Source: an uncultured bacterium (GTDB lineage Bacteria; Babelota; Babeliae; Babelales; Vermiphilaceae). Taken from it: a stretch of DNA of 64,000 nt. Location: NCBI GenBank assembly GCA_963695335.1, contig OY968764.1, positions 832,001 through 896,000 on the forward strand. The letters run 5' to 3'. Both the position numbers and the translations under genes were made by a program. Below are positions 10,171-19,419 of this stretch, one piece after another. The notes beneath the pieces were generated by a model that was given only the letters and a program-made list of their open reading frames with translations, made no database searches and was not told where the DNA came from. Position 1 is the first letter of the stretch. Each line of letters opens with the position of its first letter.

Positions 10171-10210
10171 AAAATAACATTATTGATGGGTTGCTAATAA
10201 AGGTGTTGCT

Positions 10211-10924
10211 GTGAAAATAAAGGTAATGATTATTGCTTTGATGGCTGTTTCAAGATTGCATGGAATGGAAAGTTCTCATGGATATACATTAAAGTCAGCT
10301 TTGAATCACTGCATAGAGAGCGGACAAGGATCAATGGTAGCTTGTTTTTATAGCGATGAAGATAAGAAGCGTTCTCCTGATACTAAGATTGAAGATTTGG
10401 TTGCAGGTTTATGGAAGTCTGATATTGGAACTAAGTTTTCTGAATCATCAACTATTCAGTTACATTCTGGTATAGAAAATGGTGTTTTGTTGGCGAAATT
10501 TTTGAGTAAGGATCGTACAGAGTGGATAGACTCTAGAGACTATAAGTATGATGGTGATAATAGAGTATCAATAGAGTGTAATTTTTGTGATATTGTTGAT
10601 GATAAATCTGCGGAACATTTTATTTTTGATATTCTTAGAAAGCGTCGTGCTTTTAACATCCAAACTCCCATTTTAATTTATTTTAATACTTCAAGAGTAA
10701 TTGATGAATTTGACATTGTGAGTATATTGAGCAAATGTGATGTGCAATTTGGTCGAGCTCCAGAAAATATTGTGAGGCTATGCAATTCACAGGGGCAAGA
10801 ATTAAATAATAAAGATTTTCAATCAAATAATAGTATTGTCTGTTTTTTCACCAATCACTGGGGAAAATTAGCAGGGGTTTCTTTGATAGGTATACTTGCT
10901 TTTTACTATAAGTTTGTTCGTTAA
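10211..10924 (+). CDS. Secreted, C-terminally anchored hypothetical protein (shares both ends with 9352)
   Basis: Near-identical signal peptide and C-terminal TM to the upstream gene. Confidence 0.8.
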   Translation: MKIKVMIIALMAVSRLHGMESSHGYTLKSALNHCIESGQGSMVACFYSDEDKKRSPDTKIEDLVAGLWKSDIGTKFSESSTIQLHSGIENGVLLAKFLSKDRTEWIDSRDYKYDGDNRVSIECNFCDIVDDKSAEHFIFDILRKRRAFNIQTPILIYFNTSRVIDEFDIVSILSKCDVQFGRAPENIVRLCNSQGQELNNKDFQSNNSIVCFFTNHWGKLAGVSLIGILAFYYKFVR

Positions 10925-10957
10925 TAATTAAATTTTTTACTTTTTGAGATAGATGGT

Positions 10958-10989
10958 AAAAGAGCGCTGATTGTTGTCAGCGCTCTTTT
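10958..10989. terminator. Bidirectional intrinsic terminator
   Basis: AAAAGAGCGCTGA/TCAGCGCTCTTTT between convergent genes. Confidence 0.75.
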
Positions 10990-11013
10990 TGTGTAAGAAA
11001 TAATTGCTTAGTT

Positions 11014-11619
11014 TTATTTCTTGCTATTAAGTTCATATATAATATGCGCATGTGGTAAGCGCTCATCTAAAGTAATTAGTTCTTTGGTGCTTGTAAATCC
11101 ATACCGTTCGTAAAATGCTTGCGTTTGCGCATTGGATTGTGCAGCGAGTGTTGCAAGTGTATATCTATAAATTTCTGGATACGTTGATAGCGTATAGTCT
11201 AATAATGCCTTACCAATTCCTTTGCCGCGTGATTCTTGTGAAACAATAAGATATTCAATATGTATGCAATCGCTTTCTTTTTTAAAAAGACAAAGACCCA
11301 GAATGTTATCTGGATCTTTTTGCTCTGATGCTATCAAAATATGGCAATTTTCATGTTTTTCTTTGTTTGCTACTTGAGTGAGGGCTGTTTTATATGCGTT
11401 GTCAGCTTCATTAAAAAATTCATTACATAGCGTTTTATTGTGAGCAAACTGTGGGTATCCTGTGCGTATAGTCGGTTTAAAGTATTCTTCTAATACTGTT
11501 GAGCTTAAAGTAAGTATGCCGGGTATATCTTGTTGTTCAGCAAAGCGGATAGAAGTGTCATGCGCGTGGGTAATGGTTATGCATAGGATAAAGGATAGGG
11601 TAATAGTTTTTAACATCAT
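11014..11619 (-). CDS. Secreted GNAT acetyltransferase
   Basis: LIVSQESRGKGIGKALL acetyl-CoA motif, FYERYGF; signal peptide. Confidence 0.85.
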   Translation of the reverse strand: MMLKTITLSFILCITITHAHDTSIRFAEQQDIPGILTLSSTVLEEYFKPTIRTGYPQFAHNKTLCNEFFNEADNAYKTALTQVANKEKHENCHILIASEQKDPDNILGLCLFKKESDCIHIEYLIVSQESRGKGIGKALLDYTLSTYPEIYRYTLATLAAQSNAQTQAFYERYGFTSTKELITLDERLPHAHIIYELNSKK

Positions 11620-11769
11620 ACGAATTTCCTTTTCTGTTTTTTATACCACGCATAATGCAGCAATGCAAACTATCATCCATGATGATTTCATTATTTTTGT
11701 AGAGTCCTGTATCTTGTAAATTATATAATAGTACGCAATATCACATATATTTTTATAAGGGGATGCGCT

Positions 11770-12621
11770 GTGAATAAAATATTATTTTTTTTATCTGTAT
11801 ACGTTGTAGTGCCATTGTGTTCTGCAATGGAGCGAGAACAATTAATTAAGCCTAAAAAAATTGGCATTTTTTCTGAAATAAATCAAAGAAAACAACAGGA
11901 AGATTTTTTTTATCATAACATTGTTGATGGTGGGCATTTGTATGTGGTATGTGATGGGCATTATTGTCATAGAGTTGGTGAACATAATAATGATGATTGC
12001 GATGGTTCTATAGTTTCAAAATTTGTGGCAGAGAATTTGCGTGATTATTTTGTAAAAACATCAGGCTCGATAAAAGCGCGCATGAAAGCAATGATTAAAG
12101 GTATTGATGAAAGTGAATTTGTAAGACAAAACGGTGCTTGCGGATCTACGGCTGTGGTTGTTTTTATTAAAGATAATACAGTTCATGTTGCACATACAGG
12201 TCATTCTCGTGCAGTAGTAGCGTCTGGTGGTAAAGTGATCCTTACAACAAACGATCATACGCCAGATAGAGCAGATGAGTATATTAGGATAGAAGATGCT
12301 AAAGGAATAGTTTTTAATAATCGTGTTAATGGATTCCTTTCTGTATCACGAGCGATTGGCGATTATAATCTTGGTAAAAATATTGTTATTGCAAAACCAG
12401 ATTATCAAGAGATAGAGTTAGCAAAAGAAGATAAGTTTTTGATTTTAGGTTCTAATGGTTTATGGAATTTTGTGAGTAATGAAGAAGCAGCCTGTATCTT
12501 GCATGCAAAACAGTCTGAAATACAAGATATGAATTTACTTGCTAAGATGTTGGGTATGTTTGCGGTGAAGAGAAATTCAAAAGATAATATAACCGTTATG
12601 CTTGTGGATTTGTTGTCATAA
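11770..12621 (+). CDS. Secreted PP2C-family protein with altered catalytic residues
   Basis: QQED, VCDGH, GSTA, LSVSRAIGD, DNIT present, but GHSRA and GSNGLW replace GDSRA and SDGLW. Confidence 0.85.
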   Translation: MNKILFFLSVYVVVPLCSAMEREQLIKPKKIGIFSEINQRKQQEDFFYHNIVDGGHLYVVCDGHYCHRVGEHNNDDCDGSIVSKFVAENLRDYFVKTSGSIKARMKAMIKGIDESEFVRQNGACGSTAVVVFIKDNTVHVAHTGHSRAVVASGGKVILTTNDHTPDRADEYIRIEDAKGIVFNNRVNGFLSVSRAIGDYNLGKNIVIAKPDYQEIELAKEDKFLILGSNGLWNFVSNEEAACILHAKQSEIQDMNLLAKMLGMFAVKRNSKDNITVMLVDLLS

Positions 12622-12702
12622 CCACGCTTTTATGCTATACTAATTGTATAATTTTAGATAAATTTTGATACAAGTTTTTGATCTCTAGAAAAGGGCTAAC
12701 TG

Positions 12703-15339
12703 ATGGAACGTCCCACTTCACCTGTGAATAATAAAAATATGCATATTCGACCAATTTTAATCGAAAAAGAGTTGAAAGATTCTTTTCTTGATTATGCAAT
12801 GTCCGTTGTGGTGAGTCGTGCATTACCTGATATTCGTGATGGTTTAAAGCCGGTGCATCGTCGTATTTTATATACTATGCATCAGCTTGGTTTTTTTTAT
12901 AACAAACCGTATCACAAATCAGTACGTGTGGTGGGTGATGTGCTTGGTAAATTTCACCCTCATGGTGACCAAGCAGTGTATCAATCAATGGTTGGTATAG
13001 TTCAAGATTTCTCCAAACGTTATCCATTACTTGATGGGCAAGGTAACTGGGGTTCTGTTGATGGTGATAATGCGGCGGCGATGCGTTATACTGAAGTTCG
13101 CATGGCTCGAATAGCACAAGAAATTTTAGCAGATATTGAAAAAGAAACAGTTGGTTTTACCCCCAACTTTGATGAATCAACCGTAGAACCTGTTGTGCTT
13201 CCAAGTAAACTGCCAAACTTGCTCATTAATGGTGTTGCAGGTATTGCAGTTGGTATGGCAACTTCCATTCCACCTCACAACTTGGGTGAAGTAGTTAACG
13301 CCTTGCTTGCAATGATCAAAAATGAATTTATTACAGAAGAAGAGTTGTTTGCATATATTCCAGGTCCAGATTTTCCAACAGGCGGTGTTATTTGCGGCCG
13401 CGCGGGGATTGTCAAAGCATATAAAACGGGCCGTGGTAATTTAATTTTACGCGGTGTTACTGAGTTTGAAGAAAAACAAGGTAAGGGTGCGAGTATTATT
13501 ATCACTGAGCTTCCGTATCAAGTGAACAAAGCTGATCTTACCATTAAAATTGCAGATCTTGTTAAAAACAAAATTATTGATGGTATTTCTAATATTAAAG
13601 ATGAATCAGATAAAAAAGGTATGCGCTTAGTGATTGATCTTAAGCGTGGTGAAATTCCAAGTGTTGTCTTGAATCAGTTGTATAAGCATACCAATTTACA
13701 AACATCAGTTTCTATTTTGATGTTAGGTCTTTTGGATAATCAGCCGCTTATTTTTACGTTACGTCAATTACTTGATGAATTTTTATACCATCGTAAACAG
13801 ATTATTTATCGCCGCACGCAGTATGATTTGAGTAAAGCGCAAGAACGTGAACATATCTTGGCTGGTTTTATTATTGCACTTACAAGCATTGATGAAGTTA
13901 TTGCATTGATTAAAAAATCACCATCCGCTAACGAAGCAATTGTTGAACTCAATAAACGTTTCTTGTTGACTGAAAAACAAGGTAAAGCGATTTTGGAAAT
14001 GCGTTTGCAACGTTTAACTGGTCTTGAACAAGAAAAAATTTATGGTGAAATGGCTGATATCAAAGTGAATATTGCACAGTTACGATCTATTATTGAAAAC
14101 GAAACTGTTCTTAAAGAAGAAATTGTTAAAGAGTTAGAAGATATTAAAGCTAACTATAATGATGTGCGTCTCACTAAAATTGAAGGTGCGATTGATATTT
14201 TAACTGAAGCTGATTTGATACCTGATGAAGAAGCGGTGGTTACATTGACCATGAAAGGTTATGTAAAACGCGTTCCAATTGAAGCGTATGGTGTTCAGCA
14301 CCGCGGTGGTAAAGGTAAGATGGGTCTTACAGCGCTTGAAGGTGATATTGTGCAAGACGTGTTTGTTGCAAAAGCGCATGACATGTTGCTCTTCTTTACC
14401 AACCTTGGACGTGTGTACAGCTTAAATACATTTGAAGTTCCTGAAGCATCACGTATTGCACGTGGGCGCGCAATTATTAACTTGCTTCCACTACAAGAAG
14501 GTGAATATGTAGTAAAACTACTTCCTTCTCGTGTTATGGAAGGTAAATTTATGGTGATGGTAACGCGTCAAGGTATTATTAAACGTACTGATGCATCTGA
14601 TTTTGCAAAAATTCGTGCAACGGGTATTCGTGCAATTACATTGCGTGAAGGTGATGAACTTGTGTTCTGTTCATTGAGTAATGGTGACAACACTATTGTT
14701 CTTGCAACATCAAAAGGGCAAGGAATTCGCTTTAAAGAAACTGAAGTGCGTTCTATGGGCCGTCAAGCGAGTGGTGTGATGGGTATTCGTGTTAAAAAAG
14801 GTGATCGTGTTATTGGCATGGAAGTTATTGCCGATCATGGTGAAATTCTTTTTGCAACAGAACATGGTTACGGCAAAAAGGTTCGCATAGAAGATTTCCG
14901 TGTTGCGCATCGTGGTGGTATGGGTGTGAGAACCATTCCAACAGATAAACGTAATGGTCCTGTTATTGGCCTTACTATTGTTCATGAAGATTCACATATT
15001 CTTCTTATTGATCAAGCGGGTAAAATTATCTGCCTTTCAGCTAAAGATATTCGCACAATGGGTCGTCAAGCAAAAGGTGTTCGTCTGATTAGACTTGATG
15101 ATGATCAAAAACTGCACAATGTTGTCGCCTTTGAGGCTGCTGATGATGAATCAGGTGAATCTGGTGATGAAACAGGCGCGGTGATTGAAACGCGTTCATT
15201 GCCAGTGACTGAAGATGCTGGTGATGATGATGAGTCTGATGACGAAGAGCTTGAAGATGAAGATGAAATTGCTTCTGACTTAGAATATGAAGATGAAGAC
15301 GCAGATGATATTGATGAGGATGAAGAAGTAGAATTATAG
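12703..15339 (+). CDS. gyrA: DNA gyrase subunit A
   Basis: YAMSVVVSRALPD, HPHGD, AAMRYTE, GyrA box QHRGGKG, acidic tail. Confidence 0.97.
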   Translation: MERPTSPVNNKNMHIRPILIEKELKDSFLDYAMSVVVSRALPDIRDGLKPVHRRILYTMHQLGFFYNKPYHKSVRVVGDVLGKFHPHGDQAVYQSMVGIVQDFSKRYPLLDGQGNWGSVDGDNAAAMRYTEVRMARIAQEILADIEKETVGFTPNFDESTVEPVVLPSKLPNLLINGVAGIAVGMATSIPPHNLGEVVNALLAMIKNEFITEEELFAYIPGPDFPTGGVICGRAGIVKAYKTGRGNLILRGVTEFEEKQGKGASIIITELPYQVNKADLTIKIADLVKNKIIDGISNIKDESDKKGMRLVIDLKRGEIPSVVLNQLYKHTNLQTSVSILMLGLLDNQPLIFTLRQLLDEFLYHRKQIIYRRTQYDLSKAQEREHILAGFIIALTSIDEVIALIKKSPSANEAIVELNKRFLLTEKQGKAILEMRLQRLTGLEQEKIYGEMADIKVNIAQLRSIIENETVLKEEIVKELEDIKANYNDVRLTKIEGAIDILTEADLIPDEEAVVTLTMKGYVKRVPIEAYGVQHRGGKGKMGLTALEGDIVQDVFVAKAHDMLLFFTNLGRVYSLNTFEVPEASRIARGRAIINLLPLQEGEYVVKLLPSRVMEGKFMVMVTRQGIIKRTDASDFAKIRATGIRAITLREGDELVFCSLSNGDNTIVLATSKGQGIRFKETEVRSMGRQASGVMGIRVKKGDRVIGMEVIADHGEILFATEHGYGKKVRIEDFRVAHRGGMGVRTIPTDKRNGPVIGLTIVHEDSHILLIDQAGKIICLSAKDIRTMGRQAKGVRLIRLDDDQKLHNVVAFEAADDESGESGDETGAVIETRSLPVTEDAGDDDESDDEELEDEDEIASDLEYEDEDADDIDEDEEVEL

Positions 15340-15418
15340 TGTTCGTATGTTTCGACAAGCTCAACACGAACGGTTTTATATGATCCGTTCGCACTGAGCC
15401 TGTCGAAGTGAGCGAACG
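15340..15418. repeat. Palindromic repeat family A, inverted pair
   Basis: TGTTCGTATGTTTCGACAAGCTCAACACGAACGG...CCGTTCGCACTGAGCCTGTCGAAGTGAGCGAACG; recurs at 25284 and 26862. Confidence 0.85.
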
Positions 15419-15431
15419 TAAAACAAAAACT

Positions 15432-16712
15432 ATGAACAACAAACATTTCATTCTCCACCTAACCCTTATAGAAAATATTGGCCCTGCAATAATTCAAAAA
15501 ATCATAAGATCTGACATTTCGGTGTCAGATCTTTATTCATTCTCACAAGCAGATTGGATAAACAATTTTGGATTTTCTGAGGGTACAGCAGAAAAATTGG
15601 CTGATGGCCTTGCCAATACCAAAATGCTTCAAGCAGAACTTACTCTTATTGAACAACACGATATTCAATGGGTCACATTTGAAGATGAATCTTATCCGCA
15701 ACTGTTAAAAAATATTTACTTACCTCCGGCAGTTTTATATTGGCAGGGGGCTTCATTATGCGCTCATCCTGAACTTGTTGAAGAATATCCTCGAGCGCCT
15801 GAAAAAAAATTGGCAATTGTTGGTGCGCGTAAGGCAGATAATTACGGTCAGCATGCTATTGATCTGCTAGTTCCAGATCTTGTTGCAGCGGATTATACAA
15901 TTGTGAGTGGCGGTGCGCGTGGCATTGATACTATGGCGCATCAAGCAACGCTTAATCATAATGGTAAAACTATTGCTGTACTTGGCTCTGGTCTGTTACG
16001 TCCGTATCCTTATCAAAACACAAAATTATTTAAATTAATTGCTGAAAATGGTGGGACTGTGGTGAGTTCTTTTCCATTAACAATGGAAGGGTTACCAGGA
16101 AATTTCCCTGCACGCAATCGCATTATTACAGGATTGTCACACGGGTGTTTGGTTGTGCAGGCAGCGCAAAAAAGTGGCGCATTAATTTCTGCGCATTATG
16201 CAATGGAGCAAGGCAGAGAAGTGTTTGCAATTCCTGGGCCTCTTGGCAGTGAGTTGAGTGCTGGGTGCAATACATTAATTCAACAAGGCGCAAAACTTGT
16301 TACGTGCACTGCTGATATTCTGCAGGAGTTTGGTGATCGGGTGATACTTCCTGATAAGAAGGTAGTAGAAGAAAAAGCGAAACAGATGTCTTTAGAGTCT
16401 TTCCAGTGCGCTCGCCCTGAACCTGTTGAAGGGTATCTTGGAGCGCTCAAAGACAGTCTTCAACAAGTTCAGACCGAGCGCGAGAGAGCGCAAAGATCAG
16501 ATAAACTTCGTGATACACATGTTGATAAATACTCAAACTATTCCCCGCAACAAAAAAGTATTATCATCGCATGTAAAAAACCAATATCATTTGATGATAT
16601 TATTGCCAGCACACAATTGCCACTAGAGATTCTGCAATCAGAACTGTTTAACTTGCAACTTGATGGTGTTATATCACAAGATTTTACTGGGATGTGGGTA
16701 GTGCATTCATGA
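15432..16712 (+). CDS. dprA: DNA-processing protein DprA with two in-frame repeat insertions
   Basis: YPQLLKNIYLPP, IVSGGARGID, FPARNRIITGLS, SGALISA, GREVFAIPG. Confidence 0.93.
   Translation: MNNKHFILHLTLIENIGPAIIQKIIRSDISVSDLYSFSQADWINNFGFSEGTAEKLADGLANTKMLQAELTLIEQHDIQWVTFEDESYPQLLKNIYLPPAVLYWQGASLCAHPELVEEYPRAPEKKLAIVGARKADNYGQHAIDLLVPDLVAADYTIVSGGARGIDTMAHQATLNHNGKTIAVLGSGLLRPYPYQNTKLFKLIAENGGTVVSSFPLTMEGLPGNFPARNRIITGLSHGCLVVQAAQKSGALISAHYAMEQGREVFAIPGPLGSELSAGCNTLIQQGAKLVTCTADILQEFGDRVILPDKKVVEEKAKQMSLESFQCARPEPVEGYLGALKDSLQQVQTERERAQRSDKLRDTHVDKYSNYSPQQKSIIIACKKPISFDDIIASTQLPLEILQSELFNLQLDGVISQDFTGMWVVHS
15760..15798. repeat. Family A repeat in frame in dprA (39 bp)
   Basis: GCGCTCATCCTGAACTTGTTGAAGAATATCCTCGAGCGC, read as CAHPELVEEYPRA. 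Confidence 0.8.
16408..16481. repeat. Family A inverted pair in frame in dprA
   Basis: GCGCTCGCCCTGAACCTGTTGAAGGG...CTTCAACAAGTTCAGACCGAGCGC; resembles 38488-38563. Confidence 0.85.
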
Positions 16713-17662
16713 AAAAATTAGTAATAGCTTTATTCTTGGGTGGTGCAATGGGCACCATTTTTTTTTCGGGATATCAATCACATGATATAAAAATGCAACA
16801 AACCTACTTCGCTAAAGCTACGAAGGTCAAGAAAACTTTAATAATTGTTGCAACAACAAGTATGCTTGCAGATGCAGCGCGTAATATTGTTGGAGATAAT
16901 ATCACGGTATACGGTTTGATGGGCGCCGGTGTTGATCCGCATTTGTATCGCGCCAGAGAAAGTGATGTGCACAAGTTAGCAGCGGCAGACATGGTGATTT
17001 ATAATGGATTGCATTTGGAAGGTAAAATGGGGCAGGTGTTGCAAGGCATGCAACGTTTTACTAACGTGTGTGCAGTAGCAAATACACTTAAAAAAGAGCA
17101 GTTGCGCTCATCTGAATTTGATGATCTGTATGATCCGCATATTTGGTTTGATGTTCTTTTGTGGATAGAGCTTGTGCGTTATATGCAGCAACAGATTATT
17201 GCGCTTGATCCTGAGCATGCAGATGTATATCAAAAAAATGGCGATGATTATATTGATGAACTTGAACAACTGCATGAATATGTGCAGCGACGAGTGAACG
17301 AGCTTGATGTGGATAAAAGAATTTTAATCACCGCGCATGATGCGTTTGGTTATTTTGGTGCGCGATATGGTTTTGAAGTTATTGGTCTGCAAGGTTTGAG
17401 TACCGATTGTGATATTAGCACAAAAGATATTCAGCAGCTTGCAGATTTTATTGTTGAAAAACAAATTTCTACTATGTTTGTTGAATCATCAATTCCACAA
17501 CGTGCTTTGGTTGCAGCGCAAAATGCTGTGTGCGCACGTGGATGGAATATTGCAATTGGCCCTGAATTGTATTCTGATGCGCTTGGTGATGAACAGAGTG
17601 GCGCGTCATCATATATTGCAATGGTGAAATATAATGTTAATGCGATTGTTGATTCTCTTTAA
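16709..17662 (+). CDS. troA: Mn/Zn/Fe ABC transporter substrate-binding protein (TroA/YtgA type)
   Basis: GVDPHLY, YNGLHLEG, DPHIWFD, TAHDAFGYF, LYSDALG; ATGA overlap with dprA stop. Confidence 0.9.
   Translation: MKKLVIALFLGGAMGTIFFSGYQSHDIKMQQTYFAKATKVKKTLIIVATTSMLADAARNIVGDNITVYGLMGAGVDPHLYRARESDVHKLAAADMVIYNGLHLEGKMGQVLQGMQRFTNVCAVANTLKKEQLRSSEFDDLYDPHIWFDVLLWIELVRYMQQQIIALDPEHADVYQKNGDDYIDELEQLHEYVQRRVNELDVDKRILITAHDAFGYFGARYGFEVIGLQGLSTDCDISTKDIQQLADFIVEKQISTMFVESSIPQRALVAAQNAVCARGWNIAIGPELYSDALGDEQSGASSYIAMVKYNVNAIVDSL
16802..16831 (+). repeat. Family B 30-bp palindrome in frame in troA
   Basis: ACCTACTTCGCTAAAGCTACGAAGGTCAAG (TYFAKATKVK). Confidence 0.85.
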
Positions 17663-18444
17663 ACAGCGTATGATTTAAGCCATGCGAGTTCTGCATATAT
17701 TTTGTCAATTGTTCTTATTTCTTTATAAAGATCAATAGGTATATTGCGTGTTTCTTTTACAAATGTATTAAATAGATCAATATATTTTTCACTTTTTGCG
17801 GCAAGTCCAATAAATAATTCTTTATTCCTTTCATCTAATAAAATAGTGTTATGCGTAAAATCTGATTTTCTATGCATCGCAATAGTAATCAAATAAAGAC
17901 ACCAAGCTTCTTGTGCTTTAAGAGAAAGCTTTTTCATAAAATGAGAATCAGCGTTGACAGAATATTGAGGTGGGGAGCTGAAATGAAAATCTTCATTATA
18001 TGGAGGACAAAGAAAATACGAAGTTTTTTCTGCTAAAAACAGGGAAAATTTGTCTTTATGAATATTATTTTGTTTGATGATTTTCTTTAACATGGCATGA
18101 CAATGCTGTGGTATATCATTATCATAAAGAATGGTGCGGTATTCATGTTGATCGGTATATGGTACTGTGCTTGCTTTTTTTCGAAAGCTTTCTAATGTTT
18201 TGTTGTGATCCATAAAGGCTTGATTTGTGTTTTTTGGGTTCCAGTCAAAAGAATCATTATTTTTATATACTGTTTCATCAAAGATTCTTCGTTCATCAGG
18301 GATTTTATGTGACTTTTTGCGTTTATGAGACTTTTTTGAAGGTGTTTTTGTTATATTTTGTGTATATTCATTCTCCATGCTAGTAGCTATTTGTGAACAA
18401 CATAGTAATAATATAATTAAGAATTTTTTTGATGTGAACTTCAT
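17659..18444 (-). CDS. Secreted hypothetical protein inside the tro cluster
   Basis: Signal peptide ...QIATS-ME, basic KKSHKRKKSHK patch. Confidence 0.75.
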   Translation of the reverse strand: MKFTSKKFLIILLLCCSQIATSMENEYTQNITKTPSKKSHKRKKSHKIPDERRIFDETVYKNNDSFDWNPKNTNQAFMDHNKTLESFRKKASTVPYTDQHEYRTILYDNDIPQHCHAMLKKIIKQNNIHKDKFSLFLAEKTSYFLCPPYNEDFHFSSPPQYSVNADSHFMKKLSLKAQEAWCLYLITIAMHRKSDFTHNTILLDERNKELFIGLAAKSEKYIDLFNTFVKETRNIPIDLYKEIRTIDKIYAELAWLKSYAV

Positions 18445-18505
18445 TGTCACCTTTTATTTAAAGAAATTTTTGTATAATATCTACTATTTTTTTATACTTA
18501 AAGCA

Positions 18506-19327
18506 ATGAAAAATATATCAAAAATACCAGCATTAGATGTTTCTCATCTTACTGTTGAATACAACCCTACTTCGCTAAAGCTACGAAGGGCAAGTCCCAA
18601 TTTAATTCTAGCCAATTTTTCAGTCACTATTCCACAAGGTGTGATGTGTGGCATTATTGGGCCCAATGGTGCAGGTAAAACAACGCTCATGAAAGCGTTG
18701 CTCCAATTAATACCCATTTCTGCAGGCAATGTGCAAATTTTGGGAAATTCTTTTAAAAATGTGCGCAATAAAATTGCATACATCCCTCAACGCAGTTCTG
18801 TTGATTGGGATTTTCCGATCACCGTGTTTGATATGGTATTAATGGGTTGTTATGGAAGATTAGGCTGGTTTAAGCGTCCAACAAATGCTGATCGTATTAA
18901 AGTATATGAGTCTCTTGCTGCCGTAGGCTTGTGCGAATATGCAGATAAATCAATTAGTGTACTATCTGGCGGGCAACAACAACGAGCGTTTTTAGCACGT
19001 GCGCTCATGCAAGATGCGCATATTTATTTTTTGGATGAACCATTCGCTGGTGTGGATATTGAAGCTGAAAAAATTATTATTACTCTTTTTAAGAAATTAC
19101 GTGATGAAGGCAAAACAGTTATTGTTGTTCATCACGATCTTTTTACGGCATCAACATATTTTGATTATATTTTATTACTGAATAAAACGTGTATTGCTTC
19201 TGGGCCTACTGAGCAAGTGTTAAATGCATTCAATCTTGAATGCACATATGGCCGCATACCCTTCGATACATTTTTTGAAGACAAAAAACACTCAGGGCGA
19301 GCGGAAAGAGAATTCTTAGAGCAATAA
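18506..19327 (+). CDS. troB: Metal ABC transporter ATPase (TroB)
   Basis: GPNGAGKTT, LSGGQQQR, FLDEPFAGVD, VHHDL. Confidence 0.92.
   Translation: MKNISKIPALDVSHLTVEYNPTSLKLRRASPNLILANFSVTIPQGVMCGIIGPNGAGKTTLMKALLQLIPISAGNVQILGNSFKNVRNKIAYIPQRSSVDWDFPITVFDMVLMGCYGRLGWFKRPTNADRIKVYESLAAVGLCEYADKSISVLSGGQQQRAFLARALMQDAHIYFLDEPFAGVDIEAEKIIITLFKKLRDEGKTVIVVHHDLFTASTYFDYILLLNKTCIASGPTEQVLNAFNLECTYGRIPFDTFFEDKKHSGRAEREFLEQ
18565..18594 (+). repeat. Family B 30-bp palindrome in frame in troB
   Basis: CCCTACTTCGCTAAAGCTACGAAGGGCAAG (PTSLKLRRAS). Confidence 0.85.
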
Positions 19328-19403
19328 AAGAAGAGTTAATCCCCGCTCGCCCTGAGTGTTCTTCGTAGCTTTAGCGAAGAAGAATGTATCGAAGGGTATG
19401 CGG
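19252..19403. repeat. Family A inverted pair; left arm forms the troB C-terminus, right arm carries a family B core
   Basis: CCGCATACCCTTCGATACA...CACTCAGGGCGAGCGG / CCGCTCGCCCTGAGTG[TTCTTCGTAGCTTTAGCGAAGAAGAA]TGTATCGAAGGGTATGCGG. Confidence 0.85.
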
Positions 19404-19419
19404 GAAAAAGAAAGTTAAA

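Noticed and set aside
15130..15339. Long acidic GyrA tail as a novelty
   Set aside because: Acidic C-terminal tails are an established GyrA feature
15089..15458. Minus-strand Ser- and His-rich ORFs
   Set aside because: Shadows of the GyrA acidic tail
19384..19419. N-terminal extension of troC (similarly 15408 dprA and 24502)
   Set aside because: Extensions start in or run through palindromic repeats; downstream ATGs fit better
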